Below, piece after piece: positions 10,013-24,290 of a stretch of DNA of 64,000 nucleotides. Location of the stretch: positions 3,958,409 to 4,022,408 of the forward strand of contig CAVNZM010000012.1 in the NCBI GenBank assembly GCA_963693365.1. The letters are read 5' to 3'. The stretch is from Amoebidium appalachense (Eukaryota > Protista > Ichthyosporea). The translations under genes and the position numbers were made by a program. How positions within the stretch are numbered: the first letter of the stretch is position 1; each line of letters opens with the position of its first letter. The notes under the pieces are model-generated. The model ran no database searches and was not told where the DNA came from. It worked only from the letters and a program-made list of their open reading frames with translations.

Positions 10013-10334
10013 ACACACACACATCACTGGGTGCGCTCACTGGGGATTAGTTTTTTAACACACTCAGGCTGTTGACTTTATACGTGTGTTTATTACTTGC
10101 TATTTATTGGCCAGCGGCCAACATTTATAAATATATGTAACTAAAATAAATACTGACTGCGGCCAGCAGACATTATACACCTTCCAGGACACATTAACAC
10201 CAGTAGTCTAACACACCATAGTATCTCTCGATCACAAAGAATTACTAACAAACAGAGAAAAGTGCAATGGCTCTGTACTATTACTCAGATTCTAAATTTT
10301 AATTTTTAACAGTAAACTTCGGAATGAAAGCTAG

Positions 10335-10365
<31 letters not shown>

Positions 10366-10558
10366 CCTAACATGACTGTACGAAGAACAGGTATAACTTG
10401 AAGCGCTACAACACATGTGAGATCCGTTACATTGGTGTACATTCCAATATTAGATACTAGTTTGGCTACTCTGACTACTCTGAGATCCTGATTGGCTGCC
10501 TCCAGACTTGCGGCCACGATTACTTTGCTTTCGATCGTGCCATTGCAGCTGCGTCTCT

Positions 10559-12185
10559 CTAGCAGGTGGCAACGGCAGGCCCAGCACAGCAGATGCACGG
10601 GAACTGCCCACCAGCCGAGTGCTGGCCCACATGGCCCAAGTAAGGATGGGGACCGTGCTGCGGCAGTAACCCAGGCATGGGGAAGGCAGGGCCGGGCTGA
10701 GGCGGCATGATGCCCCACGGTGGGGGCCAGCCATGTGGGTGGTGCGGGCCTGGATGGGGCGCAGGGGGCATGTGCAGCACATGGCCCTGCTGCATGTCAA
10801 GCGGGGGTGCTGGTGGCATGGCATCCTGATTGGCTGCAACCCAACGTAGGCAGCTCTTGGCCCGATTGGAGCCGGGGCAGCCCTTGCCCTGGCGGCCACA
10901 CATCTTGCAGGTCTTGGGGGCTCTCTGGGGTGGCTGCATAGGAGGGGGCACCGGCAAATCCATCTGCAGGGGCCCCTCAGGCCCAATGTCGCGATGCTTC
11001 TTGCCCACACGCATGGGCAGGGCCGGTGTGCGCCACTGCATCGACACCGTCTGGAACAGGGAGGGGTGGCAGGGGGGCAGGCCGTATGGTTGCTGGCACA
11101 GCGTCTGTTCTCTCAGTCGCGCATATGATTGTGGTGATCTGCCAGGCCCTCGTGTGTGGAGCGCTGTGCATGTGCCGTCTGCCAGGTCTTCCACTTGTCG
11201 AAATGCTTCTTGATGTAGGCCGCATCCTTCATGTAGATGCCCCCAGCCACAGAGGCAGCCTTGTTGAAGTCTTGGGCCAAAGCCTCGAACAGCTGGCCGT
11301 TGGGCTTTGCATGTGCCTTGTAGGTGCCCAGGGGCAGCGTGCTGAATAGCTTGCGCTCCTCAGGGGTAAGCACCGGAAGGAAGGGGATGGCCACATGTTG
11401 CTTCTGCGCCAGGAACTTGTAGTCGCACCTCAGTGCAGGGTCAGGCTGTGGTGCACCACGCGCCAATTGGTTGCCCCCCCCCATGGCAGCACCGTCACCC
11501 TCCTCGACCTCACAGTCCTCTGGCCCGCCCATCACGCCATTGGCTGCAGGCTCGTTGTTATCAGACGGAGGTGGGGGTGCGGGCACCGCAACTGGCTCCT
11601 GCGCCGGGGCATTGGCCACACAGGAGAGGGGGGCAAAGTTGAAGTACTCCTCCGGTAGCTTGTAGCAGCCCACGGGTACCCACTGGGGGTCGAGGTGATG
11701 GCCTTACAGCATCAGGGCCAGTGCCTCCATGTCGTCCACAATCCAGGGGCTGTAGTGGGGGGGGCCCGATGCCTGGCCCAGGCGGTTGCGGTAGTGTGCA
11801 CGCAGGTTGTGGCGGTGGCGCCTATTGGACATGGTGGCGTCCAGCAGGCGCAGCGACATGCGTGTGGCCCCAAAGTCGTTGGTGCCCCGGATGCAGCGGT
11901 AGCGTATGAGCCCATCTGCGTCGGCAGTGGTCTCGTAGTAGAGGGGCAGGCCGGGGGGATCCGACAGACAGCCATTTTGGGCGTGCTCGAGCAGCGACTA
12001 TGGGGGCACAAGCAAACATCAGAGAGATGGTGGGTGGTGGTGGTGGTAGTTGTGTGTGTGTGTGTGTGTGTGTGGTGGTGGTGGTGGTGGTGGGGGGGGG
12101 GGGATGGGGTTGCTAAGGACAAAAGGGAGCAGGGAAAGGCAAAAAACAACTGGCTAGGCAGCAAGGGCTGTGCGGGCAGTCTCTT

Positions 12186-12262
<77 letters not shown>

Positions 12263-13007
12263 TGTGTATGTTTGGGGGCGGGGAGGGGGGGGGGGGGGGG
12301 GGAGGGGGAGGCTAGGGTGTGCGTGTGTGTGCAGATGAACCAAGGATGACAAATAAGCGAAGAATCTTTTCTGTGGTGGTGGTTGTTGGGCGCCTGCGGG
12401 GGGGGGGGGGGATGTTGCCTCGAGTCTTTCAAAGCCATCCTTCTTGAACAGAGGCTTGCCATCCGGTCCGGGCAGCACATCCTTGTAGGTGTTTTTGAAC
12501 TCCACCAGCCGCGAGACCAGCGTGTATGGGTCGGGAATGACCCGCCGGATGCGCTCCATGAAGTAGCTCAGGTCGCCGCCCTTGAGCTCGGTTTCAATGT
12601 CGATGCCCTTCTGCTCCAGCACTTCCTGTGAGGCAGGATGCCAATATTAATTTACTACGCACACTGCAATTTGGGTTTGGTAGGCTTTGATAGCTGCCGT
12701 TATTGTAGGACCCCTCCCCTCCACCCCCTCCATCTTCTCCCCCAACAAAAGTAAAAAATGCATGTGGCTGTTTCCCCCCACAACCCTACATTATTTCTCT
12801 CTAGGCATATGAATAACCCCCACTCTCCTCCCTCCCCCCCCCCCCCCCCTTGCCCCCCTCTCTCAGGCTCAGGCTTTCTCTCTTCCCTCAGACTCTTTAG
12901 GTTTTGTCGAGGGTGTGCATGGTTGTGGGTGGAATGGTGAGTGTGTGCTAATGAGTGTATGTGTGTGTGTGCGCGTCACACACGTTGTTGTTGTCGTTTT
13001 TTTTTTT

Positions 13008-13048
<41 letters not shown>

Positions 13049-13987
13049 CTTCACATGTCCGTAATCCTCTTCATTCCACACAAATATTGCCTCGCTGAGT
13101 GCGCGTGCGTACTCAGCCCTGCGGGGGTGTGACTTGTACGTGCCGTCCGCCGTGTTTGCAATGGAGTGGAAGGCGTCATTCAGCACAGTCTGCCACACCA
13201 CCTCCCCAGGCGGTGCCTGGCCCAACATGCCCTCTCTGGGGACTGCCTCGGGGCCCCCTGGGGCTGCCTCAAGGCTGCCTGGGGGTCCTGGGGGGGTGCG
13301 TGTGGGCCGGCAAGGGGTTGCTGCTGCTCGGCAGGGGGAGGACTGGCAGGGGGAGGGGCTGGGTCAGGGACCACCGGCACCTCGGCACCTGGGTCCAGTG
13401 GGGGCTGAATGGGCCGTAGCCACTGCAGGTGCACCATCAGCTCAAAGGGCGGCAGGCCCAGCTCGCCCAGGGTCTTGCTCTTGTCGGGGCCAAACGGCAC
13501 CTGCATGGCCGGCGACAGCACCTGATCCACCCGCACCACTGCATGCTTCTTGCCCACCTTCATGCCCCCCGAGCGCTCCGGCTGCACAGCCAGCACCACC
13601 CCGGTGGCTGCTGCAGCATGTGGGCCCTGTCTGGGCACAATCTCAACCCTTTCACCGAGTGCCTTTGCATGAAGCCGCGCTGCATGTCATAGAGGGAAGC
13701 AAAAAACTCAGCCAAAAAGCCACAACACCAACGTTTTTCTCTTCGCTCCACAAATATCCAATGCAAATTCCTTAGCAACCCCCCCCCCCCCCCCCTTTCT
13801 CCCTGCCCCCTCCCCCCCCCCCCCTCCCAGTGCCCAGCTTGTGTGGCGCTTGCACGTGTTAACAGTACTATAGCCCCCCCCCTCCCCCCCCCCCCCCCCC
13901 CCCACCACCAATCAGGATGCCCCCGTCTTTGATAGCCACCCGACACCCAGCATAACACAACTGGAACACTGGCCCATGTGGTCAGCC

Positions 13988-14028
<41 letters not shown>

Positions 14029-15428
14029 CCCTCCCCTCTCCTCTGGGGGGCCCACAATCTTTCTATATCTGGCATAAGCACATAAGCACTGGGGCAAAAA
14101 GCAGGTGGGATACACACCTGACAGGTTTGGCCTATCGACCACGGCCGAGTAGACCTGCAGGGACGCATATGCATCAAGGGCAGCATAGGTTGCCTGCACA
14201 TCTGATAGCGGCTCGTGCCAGTTGGAGCACCGAACAAGTGCCGGCTTGGGCAGCTTCTTGCCTGTGACCTGGGCAGTGATGTCGGCCAAGCCGCGGGCCG
14301 CAGAGGTGATAGCTGCACGGGCGTAGCAGAACCGGCCCAGCTCCAGATAGCTGGCAACAGGGGTGCCGTAGTCCTTGTTGAGGTGGGCCGAGTCCGTGCC
14401 GATCTGGCTGCCCATTTTGATGATGCTGGGGTCCCTAAGCAGCGCAATCAGCTCATCCACCAGCCGCGCGGGCGGGCTGTGGTTGGGGCCCATGCGTGCC
14501 AGGTGGAAGGTGTACACGGCCCGTGCGGTGGCAATCTGCAGTGTGCAAACCTTGGACCGCGCCTAACCCACCCGATAGACCCACTCGCAGTCCAGCCCCA
14601 CCACCCGGTGCTGCTGCCCCTCCAGGTCGGCCCGAATGGCCGCTGTGGCCACCACCGCCCCCTGGCAGTCGGTGTACACCGGCTTAGGGTAGTTGGCCGG
14701 CAGCTCCAGCCCAGGCAGACCGTCCGTCACGCTTACCAGCGTAGCCTCGTTCAGGCGGACGGGGCATTTTGGCTGGGCTAGGGTTGGAAACATGCGCTCA
14801 ACAAACGCCCGGTCTTGGCAGCACCGATCCGTGTAGAAGAAGGCCGGGCCCTTGCTGTTGAGCGCCGCCGTGGTGGCAGAGATGCGCTGGATCACGGGCT
14901 CAATCTCTTGGTGGCTGCAGTCCCGTGTAAATACCTGCGCCCGGATCTCTGGGGTGCCGCACTGTGTGAGAGGGCATCTCCGAGCAGCCATGCATGTTCT
15001 AGCTTCCCTTACCAAATGGCCCTTCCCGAGACTTCATGTGCCCACACAATCCTTTCCCCCTCCCTCCCCCCAAACCCATGTGCCCACATACTTTCCCCCT
15101 CCCTCTCCCCCAAAACCCTTCCCCCTCCCTCCCCCCAAACCCATGTGCCCACATACTTTCCCCAGGCCTCCCTTTCCCCCAAAATCTTCCCCCCCCCCCT
15201 TTAAACCCATGTACCTACAATCCTTCCCCCTTCCTCCCCCTAAACCCTTGTAATCACAATCCTTTCCCCCTCTCTGCCTTCCCCCAAAACCCATGTACCC
15301 ACAATCCTTTCTCCCCCTCCCCCCAAACCCATGTGCCCACGATCCTTCCCCACTCCCCCTCCCCCCAAACCATGGGACGGCCATCCTTTTGCTCACCAAC
15401 CATGGTGACAGCCCTCCATATGGCACCT

Positions 15429-15466
<38 letters not shown>

Positions 15467-16291
15467 ACCCTCTTCCCCTTTCTACCTTCAACCGTCACGG
15501 TGGTGTCTCCACCCCCCCCCCCCCCCCCCCCCCTTGCATCCCTTGCAATCACTGGCCCCTACTCCCATTATGCTTGGCAGAAGCTTGCCCCCCCCCCCCC
15601 CCCCCCGCGGATTCCCCGCCAAAAGAAAGCTCCACCCCAGCCCACCCCAATCTCCACCCAGCAAAAACACATACACACATATCTGGAGCTTCCTAGTTTT
15701 TGCTCGACAGGGCAAGAATTGTCCCCAAAACCCACATACTACACACCTCTACTCACAGTGTGTGTTCTCATTAAATGTGGAGCCTAAGAGATTTAAAGGC
15801 CCTACAAAAGGAGGGGGGGGGGGGGGGGGGGGGGGGGGGTGCTTGTGTGTGTGTGTGTAGGGGGGGTGGGGGGGGGGGGGGGGAAGGGGGAAGGGGGCCT
15901 GGGGGAGAGTGGGGGGAGGGGGGAGAAGAGGAGGGACCACACACCGCCAAGCTCGTTTACACAAGTCGATAGGCCTCGGTACAGAGGCTCCCCATTGATG
16001 CCGGTGAGCTTCCCAATTTGGAAGGTGTGGTCGGCCTTGAGCACGTTGTTTACGGGTTTGAGCTGCGCGTCCAGGCTCTGGTACTTTGCCGTGCGGTCGC
16101 TGAACTCAGTATACACGGCACTCAGGTATTTGCCTGCACCCCAAATACTGTTAGAACACCACCACCCTCCCATCAAGGACCATCCCCCCCATTCCCTCTA
16201 GTCCCTCGTGTTCATCTCACCTCTCTGTATTTTCGTAAGTCTGTATGGCTTTTCCCATCTCAAAAACGCCACACACCCATCTCCGGCCGTT

Positions 16292-16323
<32 letters not shown>

Positions 16324-16522
16324 CCGCGCGCAAACCCTCCAAGGCATTGCACCAACTTTCACCTTCTTTCCCTTCATGCCCCATCTGCAGTTTGTCCCCT
16401 GCACGTCCGTTTGCCCTGCCCCCCACACCCTCCTGCCACTACTATAATAACCATTAAGTACCGCCACCAAGATCCAGTCTACCACCATGTGCGCCCCCCC
16501 CCCCCCCCCCTCCCTCCCCCCC

Positions 16523-16555
<33 letters not shown>

Positions 16556-18246
16556 CTCTCCACCTCCTTTCCCCCAACACACACAGACACAAATGCACAC
16601 ACCCACCATCTAATTTCAGGCATAACAGTTCTACACGATTTCCCAAGCTAACACTGGTACATTGACCGTTCTGCTTTCACCCCTCTGATGGTCCCTCTGC
16701 CTCCCCCCCCCCCCCCCCCCCCACCACCACCACCACCATGACTGACTGCCACCACCACCACCTAATCCATCACCATGTCGCCCCTCCCCCTCCCCCCGAC
16801 CCCCCTCTCCCCCCCCCCCCCCCCCCCCCCCCACACACACACAGACCCACAAGTACACACACACTCACAGGCGCACATCCACCACCACCATAATAGAAAC
16901 TTATTGACCCACACTTCCAAAACCCATTTCCAAATCTCCCCCCCTCCCCCCCTCCCCCCCCCCCCAAAAAAAATAAAAAATAAAAATAAAAATAAAAATA
17001 AAATAAAATAAAATAAAACCCTACCAAGCCAACCCAAAAAATGCCCAAGCCATTTACACACCCAAAATGCAGTGCACACTTGCCTGAAGGCACATGTCCA
17101 GCATAAATATTTTTGTCACCAAACGCCGAGAACTTAGCCGCCTGCTCCTCTGGGGGAAGTTCTGTCAGGCGCTGGTCGTGGGGGCGGAAACCGTTACGCT
17201 TTTTAAGTTCATACTTGGTCCAATGCAGCGCCCTCGAGTAATACAGGAGCCGCTGCTCGTCGAATCGCTGCTTGTGGAGCTCCGAGAGGACTCGGAGGGT
17301 GGCAAAGGCGTTTGGGCCCACACCTTTGTCTGCCAGTGCACGCAACGATGTTACCACCTTTTGGTCGAGCCCACTGCGGTGGCTAAGGTAGGCCGGAAAC
17401 TGCTCACGCATGAAGAGTGGGAGGCGTTTAATTGTCTGGGGGTTTGTGCCGGCAAAGGTTTTTTTGCATGTGTCACAAAAGTACCGGGCTGTGATAATGT
17501 AGTAGCAGCTGTCAAGGTCGATAACACGCCGTCCGACGGGGTTGCTCATAAACCCATTGCGAGAAGTATGGTGTGGGTTGGGGTGGTTGTGGGGGTCCAC
17601 GTAGTGATCATCAAAGGGGCACGGCACCATGAAACCGGGAGGCAACCTTTCCGGAAGCCAGGCAAAACATCTGGGTTCGTAGAAAGGCGCTGGATCGCCC
17701 CCCAAATTTAAAGCCTATAATGGGAGGTGGAAGATGCCACCTCACAGGTGTCTTCTCATCTTTGAGACTCTCTCTGTGTGCAGGTGCGACTTGATTGTTT
17801 CGCCCGCCGCGTCAGAAAACTCCTCTCCACCGTCATCCCCGTCCGTATTATCTTCTCCCTCTTCCTCCCCTTCATCCTCGTCTACCCGGTACGGCATCTG
17901 CTGCTGCATTGAGCAGAGGTTCCTCGTCGGGTTGCACCTGTATGTCTGGTGGGTGTGAAGCAGGGGCCCGATCCATTTCTCTTGGTAACAAATGGATGCC
18001 ACCTGCCTCAACTACACGGGCCCTTATATCGGCGGCCTTAGATAGAGGGGGCTGTTCGGGTTGTGCGTTTACGTTTAGTTCCTGCAAAACAGCCTTGTTT
18101 GCCTTCCCAAAACCTGCAAAGTTCGCTAAAGGCTGAACAAATGCAGCATCTTTTTTTTTGCGCCCAGCTCCCTCCCTAGCTCCGCCTGTTTTATGCCCAG
18201 GGCGCTGTGTAATGCCCTTAGGGCAGCCTGGCTTCAATTTAAACAT
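10559..18246 (-). mobile_element. Decayed Dada-like DDE transposase gene with inserted DEDDy 3'-5' exonuclease; multi-exon pseudogene
   Basis: Spliced reading: GGAREGAGRK; RRVIDLDSCYYIITARYFCDTC; LKADHTF (D1); CVNELGEIR; YTDRCC (D2); exonuclease VGLDCEW/IGTD/YAALDAY; NDAFH (DxxH); YRCIRGTN; C-terminal CKMC..C..C. In-frame stops at 14563-65 and 11704-06 plus frameshifts. This domain order is described for some Dada transposases (from memory of the family description). Confidence 0.8.
15036..15375. repeat. Imperfect C-rich minisatellite in a transposase intron
   Basis: Recurring CCCCAAACCCATGT[G/A]CCCACA..CCTTTCCCC units. Confidence 0.7.
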
Positions 18247-19068
18247 TTGGGGCCTGGCCCCCTGCCCCCCTAGTGCGACTACGTTACCGCAAACATACCC
18301 GTATTCCAGTGTCCTCGGCAATGCTGCTCGGACTGGTTGTGACCAGTTGCTTAAAGTAAAGAGCGCGCCAATTCCTGACCGCCGCCTACAGCAGTGTATG
18401 ATCTGTTATCCATATTCGGCAAAAGGGGTCTCGCCCAACCAATGGCTTGAATCCTTGTAACTTTGCATTTTCCAAATAAGGTTAGCTGAACACCCCCCCT
18501 CCAATCATACTCCCCCCTTCTCTTCTCTCTAGTGCACTAGTAGTAGCTCCTGGCATGGGGGGGTGCGGCATGCCAATTTTTCTGTTCTGTTCTGTGCAGA
18601 AACTGAGTCAAAATAGCTCACGCAAGAACTATTATCCACTTGCCACACAAATTCACTCACATTTTGCTACTGCTAACCCTGACGGTCCTTTTGCTTGCAC
18701 ATAGAGAGGACCCAGAACAACATCAGAATCAGCAATTTCACCCAAAGCGACTTTGTTCCTCCGTTGGCAGGACTAGAAAAAAAGAAAGCATGAAGAAGAG
18801 GGAATATTTTGCCGATGCCTATCACATTTCCAGGTGCATCATTCTGGTCACCTGATCGATGGAAAGCGCCGATGGCCCACGGTGACTAAGCCTAAGTAAA
18901 AGAAGGTGCAAAGCATGCATGGTGGTGAAGGAGGTACCGCACCGAATGATGAACAGCACCCTGAACAACTGCGACACGAATGTTTGGTCCCTGCCTTCTT
19001 TGTTGCCAACACTTTGCAACAACGAGTCTTTCATAGTGAACTTTAGCTTTTGCTTCGGATTATTTTTT

Positions 19069-19125
<57 letters not shown>

Positions 19126-19257
19126 CGGATCTCAACCAAGGCATGGACCCATGATTCCGACATCGTCGACGTCCATTAAAGTTGGCAAGTTGGCAAGGCC
19201 TGACACTTGAATTTCCCTCTCGCGTGCCCATGTGGAAGCGGGGCCCACGCGTTGCCT

Positions 19258-19313
<56 letters not shown>

Positions 19314-19470
19314 CCCCCTCCCCCTCCCTCCGCCCCCCCCCAAAGTAACGCAAGTGCTCGAGCTCCTGTGAGAGCGGGGCCCGGGGCCCCCGCGTTGCTT
19401 TACAAAATCCCCTCCCCTTCCCCTCCCCCTCCCCAACCAGGCTCCCTCCCTCCCTCCCCTCCCCCCCCCC

Positions 19471-19501
<31 letters not shown>

Positions 19502-20835
19502 ACACCCCTACCACCCATCCCCCTCCCTTTGCCCACTGCAGCTGCATTATCCGTTGCAAAGTCAAGACTTTCAAACATTTTATTGAGGGTGACAACTCTT
19601 TATTATCATTTCCCCTCAAATGTGCCCAGGTGGAAGCGGGGCCCCCCCGGGGCCCCGCGTTGCCCTGCAAAATCTAGTGACTCAGAATTTTATAAAGCAA
19701 GCATGCGCAACCTGGTCGTGATGCTTCACCTTGAACGAAACTGAGCACTGAAGTTGGAGCCTGTAGCACCAATCAACGGCCAGAATTATCAACGCGGTGA
19801 AATATTACGTTGGCTGCTCACAGATAACAGGTTGGCTTTTGAAACGAGTAATCAAGTGTTTTCAAGAGCCGATGCATTAATGTTGATCAGAGTCTTGGTA
19901 GGTATAACTACAGTCAATGCAACCCATAGTTGTACGCCAATTATTATATAAAAAGGCAATTTTTTAGGTCATTTTTGGTTTATTCTGTTTAGAGCTAGTG
20001 TTATGAGCATGTTTTTTCTAACTCCAGTTTCAATAATAACCTAAATCTGGATCCACCTAATTTGAGTTTTATAATTGGTGAAATATCACAGTCTACTTCT
20101 TTACATAAACAGAAACTCCCAAACGTGGCGGCTTGTGCCGCTGCGGCCGTGCGTCCACGGCCGTGAGGTGGAGTTTTTTTTGGGGGGATGTCAGTTCAGT
20201 TTTCTTGTTACCGTAAAAACGCTCGTAAAAACCCCAAGTAACCTCGCAAGGTGTGTTTTTGTGTGTTTTTGTGTGTGCGTGTGTATGGCGCTACGTGTGG
20301 CGTATAGGGTAATCGCGCGCGTGTGCGCGTTTTGCGCTTGTACACATGGGGTACTTTGTTCAAGTGCAGGAGAGGATGGTCACCATGTGGTTTGAGTCGT
20401 TAGGCGGTTGTTTCATGCTTGCATAGCACATTCAGTAATAGTAATAGTTTTATTGAAACGTAAAAGATTTATATGCGTAATTGCACGAGTACCAGTTTTT
20501 TCACCAGCAGCTGTTTCCTTCCCGAGACCAACACATAATAGATGGGGGTTTCCTGACTGGTTTCTTCTTTAGCAGCATCTTCCACGTTAGGCACGCGTAA
20601 CATATAGGGCTGTATGGGTTTCGTCTTTTATCAACCTGCCAGTTAACATCTGCTTCCCTCTTTGTTCTCATGGCAGCGAGCTTTTGTTTGGAGCACCTAG
20701 TACACCACACATTTTGGCCTTAAGTTTTTGTTTCTTCCCCCCCCCCCCCCCCCCCCCTCCCCCTCCTCCCCCCTCCCTCACTCTCCCCCGAGACACACAC
20801 ACCCTACAAGGATAACCCAAAGACACCCCCTCTCC

Positions 20836-20889
<54 letters not shown>

Positions 20890-21000
20890 CGCACACACAC
20901 ACCACCATCCCCTCCCTCCCTTCCATGCTGGCACACCACACCCTCCCCGTAACTCACCCCAACACCTCTATTTTGATTTGTACAGGTTCCACTAGTCACA

Positions 21001-21795
21001 ATGGCCCCTGCCAAGTTTGCCGATCTGTCCAAGTCCGCTAAGGACCTGCTTAGCAAGGACTATGCTTTTGGCGAGGTGAAGGTGGAGATTAACTCCAAGA
21101 CCAGCCATGGTGTGGTATGTGCCCCCCCCCCCTCCCCCCCCCCCCTCACCCTTCCCCCTCCCCCCCCCCCCCCCCCCCCCCCGCTTCACCCTTCACCCCT
21201 CAACCCTGCCCACTTGAATAAAGTACCTTACTCACCACCCCAGTTTCCTCCTCCCCCCTCGTCCCCCCCTTTCCCCTCGTTCGGCCCATCGATCACCCCG
21301 CTGCCCCCCTCCCCCTCTCCCCCTCCCTCCCTCCCTCCCCCCTCCCCCCCTCCTCCCCTCCAAAGACAATTCCGGAGTTGTCAGTTCTCGAGGCTCCCCG
21401 AGTTCTTCAACCCTGGCATCTTTTTAATAACCTCCTCCCCCCCCCCCCCCCCCCCACCCACCCTCCCTCTACCCCCTCCCCTATCGTTTGTATTTTCGCG
21501 GGCTTGATGGTGTGGTTGAGGACATCATCATCCGTCCATCTCCCTATACCATCTCACTACCCTCTCTGACTGGCACTTCCGCTTTTTCATTCTACACTCT
21601 ACACCCCCCCTTCCCCTCCTCGCCCCCCGCCACGCCCGCCCGTCCGCTTGCCCCTGTCCTTGACCTGATGCCCCCACTCTCCCTCCCGCTTTCTGTTGCA
21701 TGCATAGGGCTACATCGTTGAATGAACAGGGGTAGGGGTGGTGGGGGAGGGTATCGAAAACGGGTCTGGCATGCCTACAACATGATGCAACACGT

Positions 21796-21838
<43 letters not shown>

Positions 21839-21933
21839 TTCCTCTCCTCCTCCTCCTCCAAATACCGGCGGTCCCAATATGTCTCTCTTGGTTAGGTGCC
21901 TTGAGTAAACGTATACACGCGCAAACATCCCGC

Positions 21934-21969
<36 letters not shown>

Positions 21970-22272
21970 CTCCCCCATTTTTCTTCGAACAGGAGCTCAA
22001 ATCGACGGGTACTGTGCCCAACAAGGGCGGCCAGCTGAGCGGCACGTTCGAGTCCAAGTACTTCCACGCGCCCATGAACGCCATGTTCACTGAGAAGTGG
22101 AACACGAAGAACGTGCTCACCCAGGTCGTCGAGCTGAAGAACCTGTCGGATGGCGTCACGGCGGAGATGGAAGCGTCCTACGCACCAAACACTGGTGATA
22201 TCACTGGCAAGGTGGGGTTTAGTTTTACGTAATGTGCAATACAGGTTATTTCATGTAAGGTTAAACGTACGA

Positions 22273-22321
<49 letters not shown>

Positions 22322-22974
22322 CGAGGACCAACGCCAAAGCACGATCATAGACATCGGGAATAGCTACGAAACTCAACCTGTGTATTTTGAGTAGCATCAA
22401 CACGAGACACCCATTATGGACAAAACCGAAGAAAAATACGTCGCTTAACTCTACTTTCCTTCCCACATTAACATCCCCAATACTAATATTTTTACTATTT
22501 TTCTCTGCAGGTGACCGTGGACTATTCCAAGCCCCATCTGCGCGTGATTGCCGTTGGTGATCTTTTCAACGGTCCCGTCGCCACGGTTTCCGGTGTTTTT
22601 GCTGCCGATAACGGGCTTCTTTTCGGTGCTGAGGGCGGCTACAACGTGCAGTCTGGTGCCCTCACCACCAACACCTTTGCTTTCGGCTATGCCCAGAAGG
22701 ACTTCACCACCGTCATCACGTATGCATATTGCCCCCCCCCCCCCTCCCCCCTCCCGGGAAACAAAGTATGCGTTGGGAACCACGCGCGAGAAGTTAAAGA
22801 ATATAAACCCATGCTTCTGTGGAAGCATAGGAACCCCCCTGATGATGGGCTCTGTTCAAGTGCCTTCTGCCTGCACGCTTAAATTGTTTTGATTTTGGAA
22901 TTCCCACTTTTGTGACGTTTTGCTTTTGCTCTTTGTTGTCTCCTCCATATCTCCGACCCTCTAACGCATATATC

Positions 22975-23024
<50 letters not shown>

Positions 23025-23089
23025 ACACACACACACCCTCCACCTTTTTATATTTATGAACTGCGTATACTTAAATTATGCCTTTTTGT

Positions 23090-23131
<42 letters not shown>

Positions 23132-23348
23132 CTCGTGTGTGTGTGTGTATGCGCGCGCGCACAAAAATCTGTGTTGTCCTTCGTGGTTGTGTACTTCTTA
23201 CACAACACTTTCTCCCCCCCCCCCCCCCCCCCCCCCCCCCTCATCTCTCTCTCCCTCCCTCACCCTCTCTCTTTCTCCCCCCTTCCCCTCCTCCCCCCAC
23301 ATAAACGCATACACAAAAAATGGAGAAAAAAGGCGTTGTGACCCTCAA

Positions 23349-23396
<48 letters not shown>

Positions 23397-23691
23397 CTCC
23401 AGCCTTTCGTAATAATAGGATGCAATAGGAGATACTCGCGCGGGAATCCCGATGTCTGTGCACACATGGTGTATACATACGGGGACACACCACACACAGT
23501 GCACACACAAACATTCTTGCACACCATGTGCATACGTGTACACCGACACACACACCTTCCCCTCGTTACAGATGCACGCACACATGCTCACATACCATGT
23601 AAAAGCAAATGTGCAAACACACACCCCCACACACACACACACCAATGAAGTGGTCGGATGACTTAATCGTTGTACGAGCTTTTTGACACAT

Positions 23692-23765
<74 letters not shown>

Positions 23766-24247
23766 TATAGTGAAACCTGACTGTTTTCTTTGCCACAGAA
23801 CCGACGGCACAGCATTCAACACGCACATCCACCACAATGCCAGCGCCAAGGTCGATGCTGCCATCAACATTGGTTTCTCCCGCGGCAAGAACGACACCGC
23901 CTTTGCTTTTGGCACCACCTACAAGCTGGAGGACGGCGCTTACCTCAAGGTTTGTCCCCCCCCCCCCCCCCCCCCCCTTTCTAAGGAAAAAAACCCCCAC
24001 AACTACCCCGCTGCATGCACACACACGCACACGCACACGAGAAAAAACAACATGATAGGATCGTCTAAAAAAGAAACAAAATAATACTGGCACGGCTTGC
24101 AGCCCAACCGTTTTTGCAGTGCACATACTTATCCCACCTAAAACCTACCAATTTTGCATTGATATACCAGTCCCACATGTGGCTTTTTTTTTGCTTCTTC
24201 AGGCGTGGTGGTGGGAATGATTGGGGTTCCGAAGAGGTGGAAATTGC

Positions 24248-24290
<43 letters not shown>

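Noticed and set aside
10250-10280. U6-like ACAGAGAA..TGGC.CTG as a Dada target remnant
   Set aside because: The similarity is short and gapped, and no other U6 sequence is nearby.
20501-20710. Small CxxC..CxxC ORF antisense and upstream of VDAC
   Set aside because: Only 69 aa with a non-ATG start and no further support; possibly a retroelement remnant.
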